IMG/VR virus record: IMGVR_UViG_3300003690_000004
Direction: 5' to 3' (one strand)
Source: an uncultured virus (IMG/VR IMGVR_UViG_3300003690_000004)
Lineage: Duplodnaviria; Heunggongvirae; Uroviricota; Caudoviricetes
DNA length: 20,000 nucleotides
Positions 1 through 8,262 of this stretch are shown here, in pieces. The first letter of the stretch is position 1. Each line of letters starts with the position of its first letter. Position numbers and translations under genes: made by a program. Below the pieces are notes generated by a model. The model searched no databases, had not been told where the DNA came from, and saw only the letters and a list, made by a program, of their open reading frames with translations.

Positions 1-3
1 GTT

Positions 4-189
4 TCAATCATCATCCATAGAAAGAAACATCGCTGAGTCAATAAACGAGGCATCTCCCCCCTGCTGGTTGACGCCTCGTGAAATGATGGGAGGACCGTAC
101 ATTTTCGTGAGAACCCATACGATGATTCCCACCACTATAAATGGAGAAGCCATACAGAGGCCGACTGCTAATGCCTCACTCACACCCAT
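4..189 (-). CDS. Small membrane protein
   Basis: N-terminal hydrophobic stretch (ALAVGLCMASPFIVVGIIVWVLT); overlaps the stop of the upstream ORF; start could be GTG at 183. Confidence 0.7.
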   Translation of the reverse strand: MGVSEALAVGLCMASPFIVVGIIVWVLTKMYGPPIISRGVNQQGGDASFIDSAMFLSMDDD

Positions 190-584
190 TCACTCACTGC
201 CTCCTTCCGTTTCTTGATACCCTTCGGTATTGTGTCTGCCTGTTCCCTTATCTGATTGGCAACGCGCGGCTCCCTTTCAGTAATTTCACGCCAATATTCA
301 TCTCGTGCAGTGAACGGTAGTGGAGGTGGGTCGCTCCCCGGTTTCTTCGGGAAGATAACTTCCTCCTGCATCGGTTTAATCCCGAATGCGAGAGCAGAGC
401 GAACAAAATCAGCAGGTATAGTGTACGGGTTGTTCACAATAAGCCTCAATAAGTTCAAATCCTCGGGACGGTTCGCTTGAGTGAAAGAAATCAGAAGGGG
501 AATTGGGACACACGAAATCTGATGAAAGACTCGTTGCCTGTCCTTCCAAAGGAAAACAGATTTCAATGCCTGTGCAAACTTCAT
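180..584 (-). CDS. Hypothetical protein (134 aa)
   Basis: ATGA overlap with 581..826; GGTGAG RBS-like sequence. Confidence 0.75.
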   Translation of the reverse strand: MKFAQALKSVFLWKDRQRVFHQISCVPIPLLISFTQANRPEDLNLLRLIVNNPYTIPADFVRSALAFGIKPMQEEVIFPKKPGSDPPPLPFTARDEYWREITEREPRVANQIREQADTIPKGIKKRKEAVSEWV

Positions 585-826
585 TCACTCACCAACACAT
601 AATCCACCAAGCGCCGGTACTGATGGGGCGTTAGACCCCACACTTCACGGACTATCTTCGGGGCTATCCGATACTCACCGAGAAACCACGCGACCCCAGC
701 ACTCTCCAACACCGTACTCAATCCGTCCTCCGCCATAGCCTGAAACAGAACCGGGAAGTCCTTCTCGTAGATAGGCTGAGTGTAGATTCCGCGCCCCCGC
801 TTGCGCCATATTTTCCCACGACTCAT
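581..826 (-). CDS. Hypothetical protein, possible C-terminal HTH-like segment
   Basis: ATGA coupling on both sides; IAPKIVREVWGLTPHQYRRLV is HTH-like. Confidence 0.7.
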   Translation of the reverse strand: MSRGKIWRKRGRGIYTQPIYEKDFPVLFQAMAEDGLSTVLESAGVAWFLGEYRIAPKIVREVWGLTPHQYRRLVDYVLVSE

Positions 827-948
827 AAACTACGCACCGCATTTCTCATCCATCTAGCGCCGCAAGCATCCCACTCACGAAATCCTCGGTGAATCCTATC
901 ACAGAAAGGACACGCCTCATTCCAAATGATTTCATGGAAAGTGGTCAT
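823..948 (-). CDS. Small CxxC protein (41 aa, MTTFHEIIWNEACPFCDRIH...)
   Basis: ATG at 948 overlaps the TGA of 945..1187 (ATGA); the longer 1128 start would overlap another gene. Confidence 0.6.
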   Translation of the reverse strand: MTTFHEIIWNEACPFCDRIHRGFREWDACGARWMRNAVRSL

Positions 949-1187
949 AGACCCCGAGCCCCCTCCGGCCAATCCATCCCTCGGGTTCGCATCAATTTCC
1001 ATCCGCAATAAACATCTGACTTGTGGTTTCGTCGCCACAGCGCACCCTTGATTATTTGGTTGTTGAAAAACTGAACAGCGCCGTTCTCGCCGGGGAAAAA
1101 TCGTGGGGTGATTCTCGCAAGTTCCCACTCCGCATTGTCGTGGTCGTAGCGTCCGTTACGGATAAGGCCGGTGACTTTGTACTCCAT
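945..1187 (-). CDS. Hypothetical protein (80 aa)
   Basis: TAATG coupling with 1187..1819; GGAG upstream. Confidence 0.7.
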   Translation of the reverse strand: MEYKVTGLIRNGRYDHDNAEWELARITPRFFPGENGAVQFFNNQIIKGALWRRNHKSDVYCGWKLMRTRGMDWPEGARGL

Positions 1188-1819
1188 TAGTTATCACTCT
1201 CCTTGAATTCCACATCAATGACCGGCGCTCTCAGTGCGGACATTCTCAATTCAACCTCGTCCAATAACTCGGGATGGGGGCGCAAGATATCCACGAGCAA
1301 TTGACTCATTTGGGTCATACGCGCTTCCTGCAACAGCAATTGACTATCAACCCCTATCTCCTTCTTCAATTGACCAATCATACGGAGGGAGGTGTTCGCC
1401 TGTCCCATGAGTTTAGTTACATCGGCGACCCACTCAGAAGATATGCCCCCTTGTGCCTGCTTCTGTTCCTCCAATTCATCCATCCACACAATCAGTCGGC
1501 CGAACAGATGATTAGCCATGTCGAGCGTATCAATGGATTGGGTTCGCATTTGCTCCACATGACGCGCCTCCGCGGGGTCATACTCGATGTGGTTCTCCGT
1601 GTGGTTCATCACGGTGCCATCGGGCCACCCATGTTTGTTCTCAAGATAAACGGGACTGTATTCCTCATTCCGCAGACCCATTTCGTACTCCTTCCGGTCC
1701 TTATGCTCACAGAAGGTACAGCCTCCATCAAGGACCCAACGCAGGACCTCGATAGCGAAGGCATCATTCTCAGCCGCCAAACGCTTCTGAATTTCACTCT
1801 TGGATTTCATGTACCCCAC
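1187..1819 (-). CDS. Putative Zn-binding HTH plus coiled-coil protein (terminase-small-subunit-like architecture)
   Basis: CTFCEH...LENKHGWPDGTVMNHTENH resembles the CxxCxH-HTH-HxxxH module, followed by helical/coiled-coil segments; GAGGTGG RBS. Confidence 0.6.
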   Translation of the reverse strand: MGYMKSKSEIQKRLAAENDAFAIEVLRWVLDGGCTFCEHKDRKEYEMGLRNEEYSPVYLENKHGWPDGTVMNHTENHIEYDPAEARHVEQMRTQSIDTLDMANHLFGRLIVWMDELEEQKQAQGGISSEWVADVTKLMGQANTSLRMIGQLKKEIGVDSQLLLQEARMTQMSQLLVDILRPHPELLDEVELRMSALRAPVIDVEFKESDN

Positions 1820-3129
1820 CTCTTGAAATCGCTCTTGTTATTCTGCAACCCGATACGACAGACGACACCCTTTCGCCCGCGCCTTGTAACCTCCGGCTCG
1901 TACTCATCATAAAAGTCCTGTCCCTCCAAGTTTTCGATAATCCACCGCTTCGCGGACTGATAATCACCGCTCGTTATCATGCGGGAAACCTCCTTCACCA
2001 ATTGGGACTTAGCAAGGTCCCGCATCCAAAATGTGCTTCTGATTAATTCAAGGTCCGCGTCCATGACTCGGCGACGCATAGCGAGGGAGTCATCGAGCAA
2101 TTTCCTCAGTTTATCATCGAGTGTGACGATTAGGGGGGACCCTCCGTGATACTCGCTACTCATCATGTGATAGCCTATGCACAGACGGCGAAACAGGTCG
2201 GCTTCATAGGAGCGCACACTTGGTTGGTCAATCCATTCGGCCACATCGTCATCGAAGATAACACCCGTGGGAGGATTAGACACGGCTTCAAGCATCCGGT
2301 CACGAAACCACTTCTTAATCCCGAGGCTCTTATCGGCGAGGACGACCCGTTCCTCCCTCGACATATTGGCCTGCGCGTGTTGTGCCGACTTGTACTGTGC
2401 CTCCTTCTCGGGGGTCATCTCGATATCAATTATGAAAAATCGCCGGTCAAGTCCTGAATCCAATTCAAAGCGGGCAGGCTGAGTCCCGGCCCATAGGGTC
2501 GCGCGTGTAGTGTACTTCACCCATCCCGCCTTCATAGCCTTCTGTACCCTCCCGTTATCGAGAGCGGTCAGCAATTGGTTCTTCATGTCGAGGCTGTGGT
2601 CCTTCTTGGAGGCATCAGACATCGAAGAAAATTCTTCAAAACCAAGAAAACCACCACAGACTTCACGAACAAGCGGGCGCCCCATGATGTCCCCGAATTC
2701 ATCCACAGAGCCGAACATTCCTGCCTCTGTTACACTGTTGGGTCCCATCATGGTCAAGTAACCCTCTCCCATGTCCGCGTTCTGATTGTGAAGGAATCCT
2801 GTCCCTTCCGCGAGGAACATGAGAATGAGAATGGACTTCCCGCTCCCCTTCGGACCACGCAGAAGGATATGAATGCGCGTGTCGGGTAACTGCATCATGG
2901 GAGTGTAGAAGGGTGGGTTAGGGTGCCTCAAGGGGCAGTGAGGAATCACGAAGTCCCCGCCTTCTTCATCAACGAAGGGGCTAAGGGGGTCGAAGTCACA
3001 CCGAGAGCATTTATTGAGGGTGTTGAACAGATGACCCCCGATGCTACATACGAAGATATCAATTTTGTCCTGTACATCCACGAAATGACTTCTATCGGTG
3101 AATTTCAATATTTCATCGAATATATTCAA
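1807..3129 (-). CDS. MCM-like AAA+ ATPase/helicase (AAA+ domain only, with a Cys/His insert)
   Basis: Walker A GPKGSGKS; SVTEAGMFG (MCM STxAGL-like); GGFLGFEEFSSM Walker B region; LLTALDNGRVQKAMKAG...TTRATLWAGTQP (cf. MCM AMEQQTISIAKAG...LNARTSVLAAANP); LDRRF arginine finger. Confidence 0.8.
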   Translation of the reverse strand: MNIFDEILKFTDRSHFVDVQDKIDIFVCSIGGHLFNTLNKCSRCDFDPLSPFVDEEGGDFVIPHCPLRHPNPPFYTPMMQLPDTRIHILLRGPKGSGKSILILMFLAEGTGFLHNQNADMGEGYLTMMGPNSVTEAGMFGSVDEFGDIMGRPLVREVCGGFLGFEEFSSMSDASKKDHSLDMKNQLLTALDNGRVQKAMKAGWVKYTTRATLWAGTQPARFELDSGLDRRFFIIDIEMTPEKEAQYKSAQHAQANMSREERVVLADKSLGIKKWFRDRMLEAVSNPPTGVIFDDDVAEWIDQPSVRSYEADLFRRLCIGYHMMSSEYHGGSPLIVTLDDKLRKLLDDSLAMRRRVMDADLELIRSTFWMRDLAKSQLVKEVSRMITSGDYQSAKRWIIENLEGQDFYDEYEPEVTRRGRKGVVCRIGLQNNKSDFKRWGT

Positions 3130-3962
3130 CCGAACATACCCCCCTCTTCTTCCCCGAAGCCGGAGGCCATAAACCTGTCGAGCGAAAGGTCATCTCCCAT
3201 CCCTTCCAGCGTGGAGAGACTGTCTATTGCATTGAAGAATGCGCTCTCACTGTACGATAGACCCAACACCCCATCGGCATAATCTAAGAGCCCATCCATA
3301 CCATCTCGGTCTAAGAAATTTTCGGGGCATTGTGTGAACACTATCCACACCCCCCTATCTTCATTCATGCAGAAATTCTTGAAGACACACGACCACATCC
3401 ACGCGGGCGGGGTACACACGATATCTCCCTCCACGGGAATACCGGCCAACGATAGAGGCTCTTCCTCTGTATTCATGTAGTCAAATACTGCCAAGCCGGT
3501 CAAGTCATGGGTAGTGTGGGGGGTGAAGATGCTCATAGTATCGCTCGTGAAAAATGTGGACTGATGAACGCCACATTCGTTCAGTGATAGGGTAATGTCG
3601 CGCAGGATTGGGTAACAATACAGCCACACATAATTGTTGGCGGCAGGGTCGGCATCTATCATAGTGGGAGCAAAGTGGATAATTCTGAGGATGAATACCC
3701 GCTCTCCCTCGTCGCTTTTTCGCTCGTACAAACGCCACTCGGGGAAAAGAGGGTCAGGTATCTCGTTGAATGCCGGAACAGCGAACAGTTTTGAGAAGAT
3801 TCTCGCAATCGGTTTTTCATCCCCGATTAGACCCATGCCCGCACCGAACGAGGCAAACCCCTGCTCCCCTTGATTGAAGATGAGAATATGGGTGGGCTCC
3901 CTTTCGGGCTTCCCGTCAATCCACACTATCTCAGTGTCCTTCATGTCTTCAATGAATTTCAT
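3126..3962 (-). CDS. PAC2-family (proteasome assembly chaperone-like) protein
   Basis: Order and spacing of GEQGFASFGAGMGLI / IARIFS / PEWRLYE / LNECGVHQSTFF / DRDGMDGLLDYADGVLGLSYS and an acidic tail match the archaeal PAC2 pattern by eye; 278 aa; coupled to the MCM-like gene. Confidence 0.65.
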   Translation of the reverse strand: MKFIEDMKDTEIVWIDGKPEREPTHILIFNQGEQGFASFGAGMGLIGDEKPIARIFSKLFAVPAFNEIPDPLFPEWRLYERKSDEGERVFILRIIHFAPTMIDADPAANNYVWLYCYPILRDITLSLNECGVHQSTFFTSDTMSIFTPHTTHDLTGLAVFDYMNTEEEPLSLAGIPVEGDIVCTPPAWMWSCVFKNFCMNEDRGVWIVFTQCPENFLDRDGMDGLLDYADGVLGLSYSESAFFNAIDSLSTLEGMGDDLSLDRFMASGFGEEEGGMFG

Positions 3963-4396
3963 GTTGACTCCTGTTGTTGGTACTCTTCTAACGCATCACG
4001 AAGGAATTTTGGGTGTGATTTCACCGCAGTTCTAACATGAGTCTTGGACGCCAAAGACCTCACCACTTCCCCCAACGGGTGAATGAACCACAGTGGGTTC
4101 CGTCGCTCCCGCTTTCCGTCGGGACGCAAGTACGGGTCACACTCAGGGTCGGGATAGAAGAGCGGGCTCCGATAGAGAAACTGTACTACCTGCGCGGGGG
4201 ACCAAGTGTGCTTGAGGCGAGCCCCGGACACGGTTTCCCGACTGTTGATGTGGCCGGAAATTTCTTTGGCCGTCATGGGACCCCCTTCCAAGATGAGCCG
4301 CCACGCCAATTTGCATACGGTTCTGCTTCCTGTATCGGCACCCATGCTCCGTCGTGCCTGCAAACGCATATAACCTTCATTGATTCGACCCGCCAC
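3959..4396 (-). CDS. Winged-helix DNA-binding protein
   Basis: LAWRLILEGGPMTAKEISGHI...SPAQVVQFLYRSPLF...WFI wHTH pattern; start codon uncertain. Confidence 0.6.
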   Translation of the reverse strand: MAGRINEGYMRLQARRSMGADTGSRTVCKLAWRLILEGGPMTAKEISGHINSRETVSGARLKHTWSPAQVVQFLYRSPLFYPDPECDPYLRPDGKRERRNPLWFIHPLGEVVRSLASKTHVRTAVKSHPKFLRDALEEYQQQEST

Positions 4397-4441
4397 AGAA
4401 TAATTGATTCGTGGTACTGCGTCCCAATATCCTTTTTCGTC

Positions 4442-4496
4442 AATTCCTTCAAAGATATGTAAGAGTCAGTTATCAATATACCTCTTTGAAGGAATT
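4442..4496. repeat. 14-bp perfect inverted repeat with 27-nt spacer
   Basis: AATTCCTTCAAAGA (4442-4455) and TCTTTGAAGGAATT (4483-4496), upstream of the wHTH gene. Confidence 0.8.
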
Positions 4497-4508
4497 CACA
4501 AAATAAGG

Positions 4509-4530
4509 AAACCGTGGGACTGCGAGCCTG
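4509..4530. repeat. Motif B copy 1 (AAACCG-N4-ACTGCGAGCCTG)
   Basis: Same motif at 18434-18455 and 19937-19958; all intergenic. Confidence 0.75.
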
Positions 4531-4562
4531 TTATTTATTCGGTGGGGGTAATCAAAACAAAA

Positions 4563-5435
4563 TTAATTACTTATTTCTAGCCAGCGTTCGTGTTCAAGAC
4601 GATTTCTGTCCTTGAAAGGAAGGGTGCCTGTGAGGGGAGCGTAATCAAACTTGTTGGGGTCGTTTTGTTCCAACCAATAACAGACCTTGTTTGCCTCGTA
4701 CAATGCCTCGATACATGAGGTCAATAAATCCACCAGCGTTTCTCCGGAGAGGGTAGCGACAGAACCCTTCATTTCGACAGCCTTCATCGGTTGGACGATG
4801 TGGCTTGTGTGATAGTATCGCGTACAGACCACAAACTTCACCTTGAAATCCTTAATCTCGATTTCCTTTCGACCCCATGTGAAGAGGGAGGTATCGTTGT
4901 TGAAGAATCTCGCTGTAACTGTGGGCTCAATCCAAGAGAAGGTGTCGGAGTAGTCCGTGACCACACCTTGAACGAGAGCCCGTATTTCTTCAAAGTTAGG
5001 GAGAACAGTGAGATATTTTTCGACGCCTGTTGCTATCCATTCATCGTGGGTGTTCTGTTGGGCTTTTATTGAGATGGTGTGCGATGATTCTGAAACTATT
5101 GCCTGAAAAAACTCAAGGGGCAGAAACATTTCTATTATTCCCTTGAAATCTGTGAACGAATACCTCTCCGGATAAATCACAGCGTTCGTGAATCTCCATA
5201 GGGTTCCGATATCCAAGAAACTTAGTCGGTGTTTTCCCGCTTGAATAATCACGGTGGGTTTCCATTGAATATTGTAATCTTCGGAGGGCCCTGCGACTCT
5301 GCTAACCCGCCGAAAGGTGTCCGCGTGGAGTACCGTGATATCCTCGATGCTGGTTTCAAATACACGCCACGGGATGCCTTCTTTGAGTGGGTGGTCGGAG
5401 CCTGTGGGGTCGTGGAGGTTCGATACAGCGGTCAT
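4563..5435 (-). CDS. Hypothetical protein (290 aa)
   Basis: Long ORF with AAGGTGGG RBS and a T-rich tract after the stop. Confidence 0.8.
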   Translation of the reverse strand: MTAVSNLHDPTGSDHPLKEGIPWRVFETSIEDITVLHADTFRRVSRVAGPSEDYNIQWKPTVIIQAGKHRLSFLDIGTLWRFTNAVIYPERYSFTDFKGIIEMFLPLEFFQAIVSESSHTISIKAQQNTHDEWIATGVEKYLTVLPNFEEIRALVQGVVTDYSDTFSWIEPTVTARFFNNDTSLFTWGRKEIEIKDFKVKFVVCTRYYHTSHIVQPMKAVEMKGSVATLSGETLVDLLTSCIEALYEANKVCYWLEQNDPNKFDYAPLTGTLPFKDRNRLEHERWLEISN

Positions 5436-5447
5436 TTTTTTCCCACC

Positions 5448-5786
5448 TTATTCTTCACCTGTGTTTATATTGTTGAATCCTCGGGAGCCACCGTCATAAA
5501 CGGGATGAGGCACGACTCTAACGATTAGGACGGTGCCGTAGTTAACGAGAATCCACCCTCCGTTTTCTGAGGCGTCGAGAGCCGCAAATTTAGTCTTGTC
5601 TTCATCCGACAAATTCAGCATCCCTTTTTCGACATACTCCGCCGATAAAAACTGCCTCTCCATTTCGGTGACTTGAACCTTGACTTCTCCGCTCTCATCT
5701 GTGTGACTCATCTCGATTGGGAAAAAAATATCGTAGATTGCGTTTTCATTAGTGTCGTCATCCATACTCGTCACCTGCTGTTGCAT
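5448..5786 (-). CDS. Acidic hypothetical protein (112 aa)
   Basis: Operon-packed ORF. Confidence 0.75.
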   Translation of the reverse strand: MQQQVTSMDDDTNENAIYDIFFPIEMSHTDESGEVKVQVTEMERQFLSAEYVEKGMLNLSDEDKTKFAALDASENGGWILVNYGTVLIVRVVPHPVYDGGSRGFNNINTGEE

Positions 5787-5789
5787 CTT

Positions 5790-5975
5790 TCAGAGTTTGA
5801 TGACTCCACCACACTCTGTACAAATCAATTCGTCGTCGGGCGTGACCGCGACGCAATAAAAATTAGACGGCGACATCCGAGCATCCCGCGGCGTCATCCC
5901 TTTCTTAGCGTGGGCCAAACCACAGGCCCCATGTGCGGAAATAATCGCTCGGTAAATCGTCCCCATAAAAATCAC
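5790..5975 (-). CDS. Small Zn-ribbon protein
   Basis: HGAC...C...CTECG; GTGA overlap with the upstream gene. Confidence 0.65.
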   Translation of the reverse strand: MIFMGTIYRAIISAHGACGLAHAKKGMTPRDARMSPSNFYCVAVTPDDELICTECGGVIKL

Positions 5976-6181
5976 CGTCTAACACTACAAATCTCATTTC
6001 CACAGATGTTACAGAACAGAATCATTCCACCCTGTTCTTCTGAATTTAACCGTAAATCAAGATGGCCGGAGAACCCGGAGGACGCATCCATTCTTCCGTT
6101 TCTTGATACCATAACACATTCTGAATGGTCTTTCATCAAGGTAGCCCATGATGGAAGACTCATGTTCCACTCGTACTGCAT
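5972..6181 (-). CDS. Small Zn-binding protein (MQYEWN...)
   Basis: HSEC...CNICG; ATG at 6181 follows GGGAGGG and the stop of the preceding gene. Confidence 0.65.
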   Translation of the reverse strand: MQYEWNMSLPSWATLMKDHSECVMVSRNGRMDASSGFSGHLDLRLNSEEQGGMILFCNICGNEICSVRR

Positions 6182-6182
6182 C

Positions 6183-6488
6183 TTAGACCCTCCCGTGCCA
6201 CTTGTTTTCTTTGAGGTGTTTCTCCCCACGCGCCCATGTGATAAAAGCGTCATGGTCCTTCATGCGGTACAGGACGCGCCTTCCCGACTTATCCTTATCC
6301 ACACCCACAGAGCCACGGAGCATATTGGAAATGCTCGTGGGTCCGTTGAGAAGGCGACGACTTCGGCGCCTCTCGCATAGGATATCACAAATTTGCTGGG
6401 CGCTTAACCATCGAGGGTTTTCAGCGAGTGCTTTACCGATGTACACGCGCGGAGTGTACTTCCGGTTGCTGTGTTTGGCGTTAGTCAT
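6183..6488 (-). CDS. Winged-helix DNA-binding protein (MTNAKH...)
   Basis: IGKALAENPRWLSAQQICDIL...TSISNMLRG..GVDKDKSGRRVLYRM wHTH pattern; TGATG coupling at 6488. Confidence 0.7.
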   Translation of the reverse strand: MTNAKHSNRKYTPRVYIGKALAENPRWLSAQQICDILCERRRSRRLLNGPTSISNMLRGSVGVDKDKSGRRVLYRMKDHDAFITWARGEKHLKENKWHGRV

Positions 6489-6895
6489 CAGAGGTCCCTC
6501 CGTGGGGCGAAGTCTGAGTCCTTTTCTATTGATGGCATACAGTCGGGGGCCCGCGCCTCTTTGCAGTACGGCTGGTCCCATTCACCCCCGAGAAAGAACA
6601 TATCGCGGGCGGTTGCCACAGCCCCGCATGATAGACATACGAAGGTTCCGTGGGCGCGACCCTCCAACCATTCCTCCGGGCGATTGTTTGCGACAATCCC
6701 TTGAAAAACACCCATGACTTTCTCAACGAATTCTTCTGAATTATTTTCCATCCACTGTTCGATATCAATTTTGAGGTCTTCGTCCATCTCAATATCCTCG
6801 TGGATTTCATCTTCACATACGCACAGGATATCCTCTGCGGTGAAAGTCATCTTCCACAGTAGCCACTTGGGGGGTCGGAAGTCGTTTGGTAGCAT
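6488..6895 (-). CDS. Acidic protein with C-terminal Cys cluster (MLPNDF...)
   Basis: AGGAGG RBS before ATG at 6895; CLSC...C...C. Confidence 0.7.
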   Translation of the reverse strand: MLPNDFRPPKWLLWKMTFTAEDILCVCEDEIHEDIEMDEDLKIDIEQWMENNSEEFVEKVMGVFQGIVANNRPEEWLEGRAHGTFVCLSCGAVATARDMFFLGGEWDQPYCKEARAPDCMPSIEKDSDFAPRRDL

Positions 6896-6896
6896 T

Positions 6897-7049
6897 CTAT
6901 TCTTCCTCCTGATTGTGCGGACAGACATGAATTGGGTTTGTCTTATCCAAGTGTTCGCGGCAGGTATGCGTCGGCAATTCGTTACCGCACTTGCGGCATA
7001 TTACACCACGGAGTACCGTCATATCAAGGTTTATCATGTCGGTCGCCAT
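6897..7049 (-). CDS. Small Zn-finger protein missed by the ORF track (50 aa, MATDMINLDMTVLRGVICRKCGNELPTHTCREHLDKTNPIHVCPHNQEEE)
   Basis: Manual translation; GGAG RBS; TATAAA at 7091-7086; stop abuts the next ATG. Confidence 0.7.
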   Translation of the reverse strand: MATDMINLDMTVLRGVICRKCGNELPTHTCREHLDKTNPIHVCPHNQEEE

Positions 7050-7197
7050 CGCCGCTCTCCGCTAATCTGAACAGACCTTCGGTAGTTTATAGTCTTAGTG
7101 ATATTGGCGTTTAACTACCATTGGTAATCAAAAGAAAGGGCTTCGCTATGGTCGGAATTTGTTACGGCCAAAATTTCTGCCTCCGTGTTTATACAGT

Positions 7198-7530
7198 TTA
7201 GGATGACTCTGCGCGCTCAACGGACCAACCCATCTCGGACGCCTTCTCTCCGAGAACCTGTTGGTGGACGCTTGAAGTGCAGTCGTTGACCCACGCCTCC
7301 GCCTCTTTGAGCCACGCCTCCGCCTCCCCCCCGGTGGCCGAGCCCGCGTAGTAGTTAAGGTGGAGGCCGAGGTTTGGAATCTTGATTCGGACGGCGATAT
7401 ACCGGTTCTTTCCGGGTTCGGGGTTGTCCCAATTCCATAGTCGGATTGTCCCGCACTTGAATGTGTCTAACACACGCGCGAGATTAGGTAGGTCGCAACG
7501 GTGTATGTCGTATTGATTTGTGGTATTCAT
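7198..7530 (-). CDS. Hypothetical protein (110 aa)
   Basis: GGAGAGAG before ATG; T-tract downstream. Confidence 0.75.
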   Translation of the reverse strand: MNTTNQYDIHRCDLPNLARVLDTFKCGTIRLWNWDNPEPGKNRYIAVRIKIPNLGLHLNYYAGSATGGEAEAWLKEAEAWVNDCTSSVHQQVLGEKASEMGWSVERAESS

Positions 7531-7545
7531 CTCTCTCTCTCCGCT

Positions 7546-7638
7546 CTAATCTGACGATTGAATAACCTCGCTATTAACCTTGCCGGTCAACCCATTAGTG
7601 GTCCACGAGTAGTCCGGGGGATTTTTCTCTTCCGTCAT
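7546..7638 (-). CDS. Putative leaderless 30-aa peptide (MTEEKNPPDYSWTTNGLTGKVNSEVIQSSD)
   Basis: ATG 21 nt after the TATA 10-mer of the promoter cassette at 7660-7703. Confidence 0.4.
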   Translation of the reverse strand: MTEEKNPPDYSWTTNGLTGKVNSEVIQSSD

Positions 7639-7659
7639 TACTCTGAGCAGAGCGTTGGC

Positions 7660-7703
7660 GATTTATAATCATATTGATGGCGTGATTTATTAAAATTGTA
7701 ACC
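7660..7703 (-). promoter_or_regulatory. Promoter cassette A copy 1
   Basis: GGTTACAATTTTAATAAATCACG-N11-ATTATAAATC. Confidence 0.8.
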
Positions 7704-7716
7704 TCGGTCAACACTT

Positions 7717-7724
7717 AAAAAAAA
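7717..7724 (-). terminator. Oligo-T terminator (archaeal type)
   Basis: T8 run after the last gene of the upstream operon, just before the promoter cassette. Confidence 0.55.
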
Positions 7725-7748
7725 CGGCGGGCGTCTTAGTCGTGGTGG

Positions 7749-7868
7749 TCACTGCTTCGTCCCCCATATCCCACCGTGGCGGTGATGCTCGATACAGAAG
7801 ACCTTCGGTAGTTTGTCGGAAGTCGAAAACCATGAGCGAATGCTTTTTCCACAAGTGGCGCACTTCAC
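7749..7868 (-). CDS. Small Zn-finger protein missed by the ORF track (39 aa, MKCATCGKSIRSWFSTSDKLPKVFCIEHHRHGGIWGTKQ)
   Basis: GAGGTGA RBS, GTG start, CxxC...CxxH. Confidence 0.65.
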   Translation of the reverse strand: MKCATCGKSIRSWFSTSDKLPKVFCIEHHRHGGIWGTKQ

Positions 7869-7879
7869 TCTTTCACCTC

Positions 7880-8014
7880 TCAATCCAACCACCCCATGAC
7901 CTTCACCAAGATGAGAATAGCAACAAGGAGATTAGCGAAGCCGACGAGCGTTCTCGTCAATTGCATTTGGCCGACATGATGGTTTGACCAATCCTCGATT
8001 TCATCACCCGTCAT
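7880..8014 (-). CDS. Small membrane protein missed by the ORF track (44 aa, MTGDEIEDWSNHH...LVGFANLLVAILILVKVMGWLD)
   Basis: GAGGTGA RBS; hydrophobic C-terminal helix. Confidence 0.7.
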   Translation of the reverse strand: MTGDEIEDWSNHHVGQMQLTRTLVGFANLLVAILILVKVMGWLD

Positions 8015-8020
8015 GTTTTT

Positions 8021-8257
8021 TCACCTCTTCTTTTCTAACCTCATCCAAAATATGTTGTCGCTTCGGCGGTTCTGCTCAAAGGTCCCTTCGGGCCAACCAG
8101 CATAAGGATTATCTTGCCAAAGACTCCCAAACTCAACATTTCCAAAGGCGTCTTGTGCGTCGTTGAGGAAACGGAAGTAGCGACTCATCACTCTTTTCCC
8201 CTCAAAATCCACACCTGTTACCTTGTAAATTATACAGCAATTCATCCGGTGTACCAT
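8021..8257 (-). CDS. Hypothetical protein (MVHRMN...)
   Basis: ATG at 8257 directly after the stop of 8263..8811. Confidence 0.65.
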   Translation of the reverse strand: MVHRMNCCIIYKVTGVDFEGKRVMSRYFRFLNDAQDAFGNVEFGSLWQDNPYAGWPEGTFEQNRRSDNIFWMRLEKKR

Positions 8258-8262
8258 CGGAC

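Noticed and set aside
7291..7327. 15-bp direct repeat CCACGCCTCCGCCTC
   Set aside because: In-frame within a CDS, encodes EAEAW twice; local duplication only
7075..7814. GACCTTCGGTAGTTT shared between 7075 and 7800
   Set aside because: One copy is in a promoter region and one in a small CDS; two copies only, no consistent context
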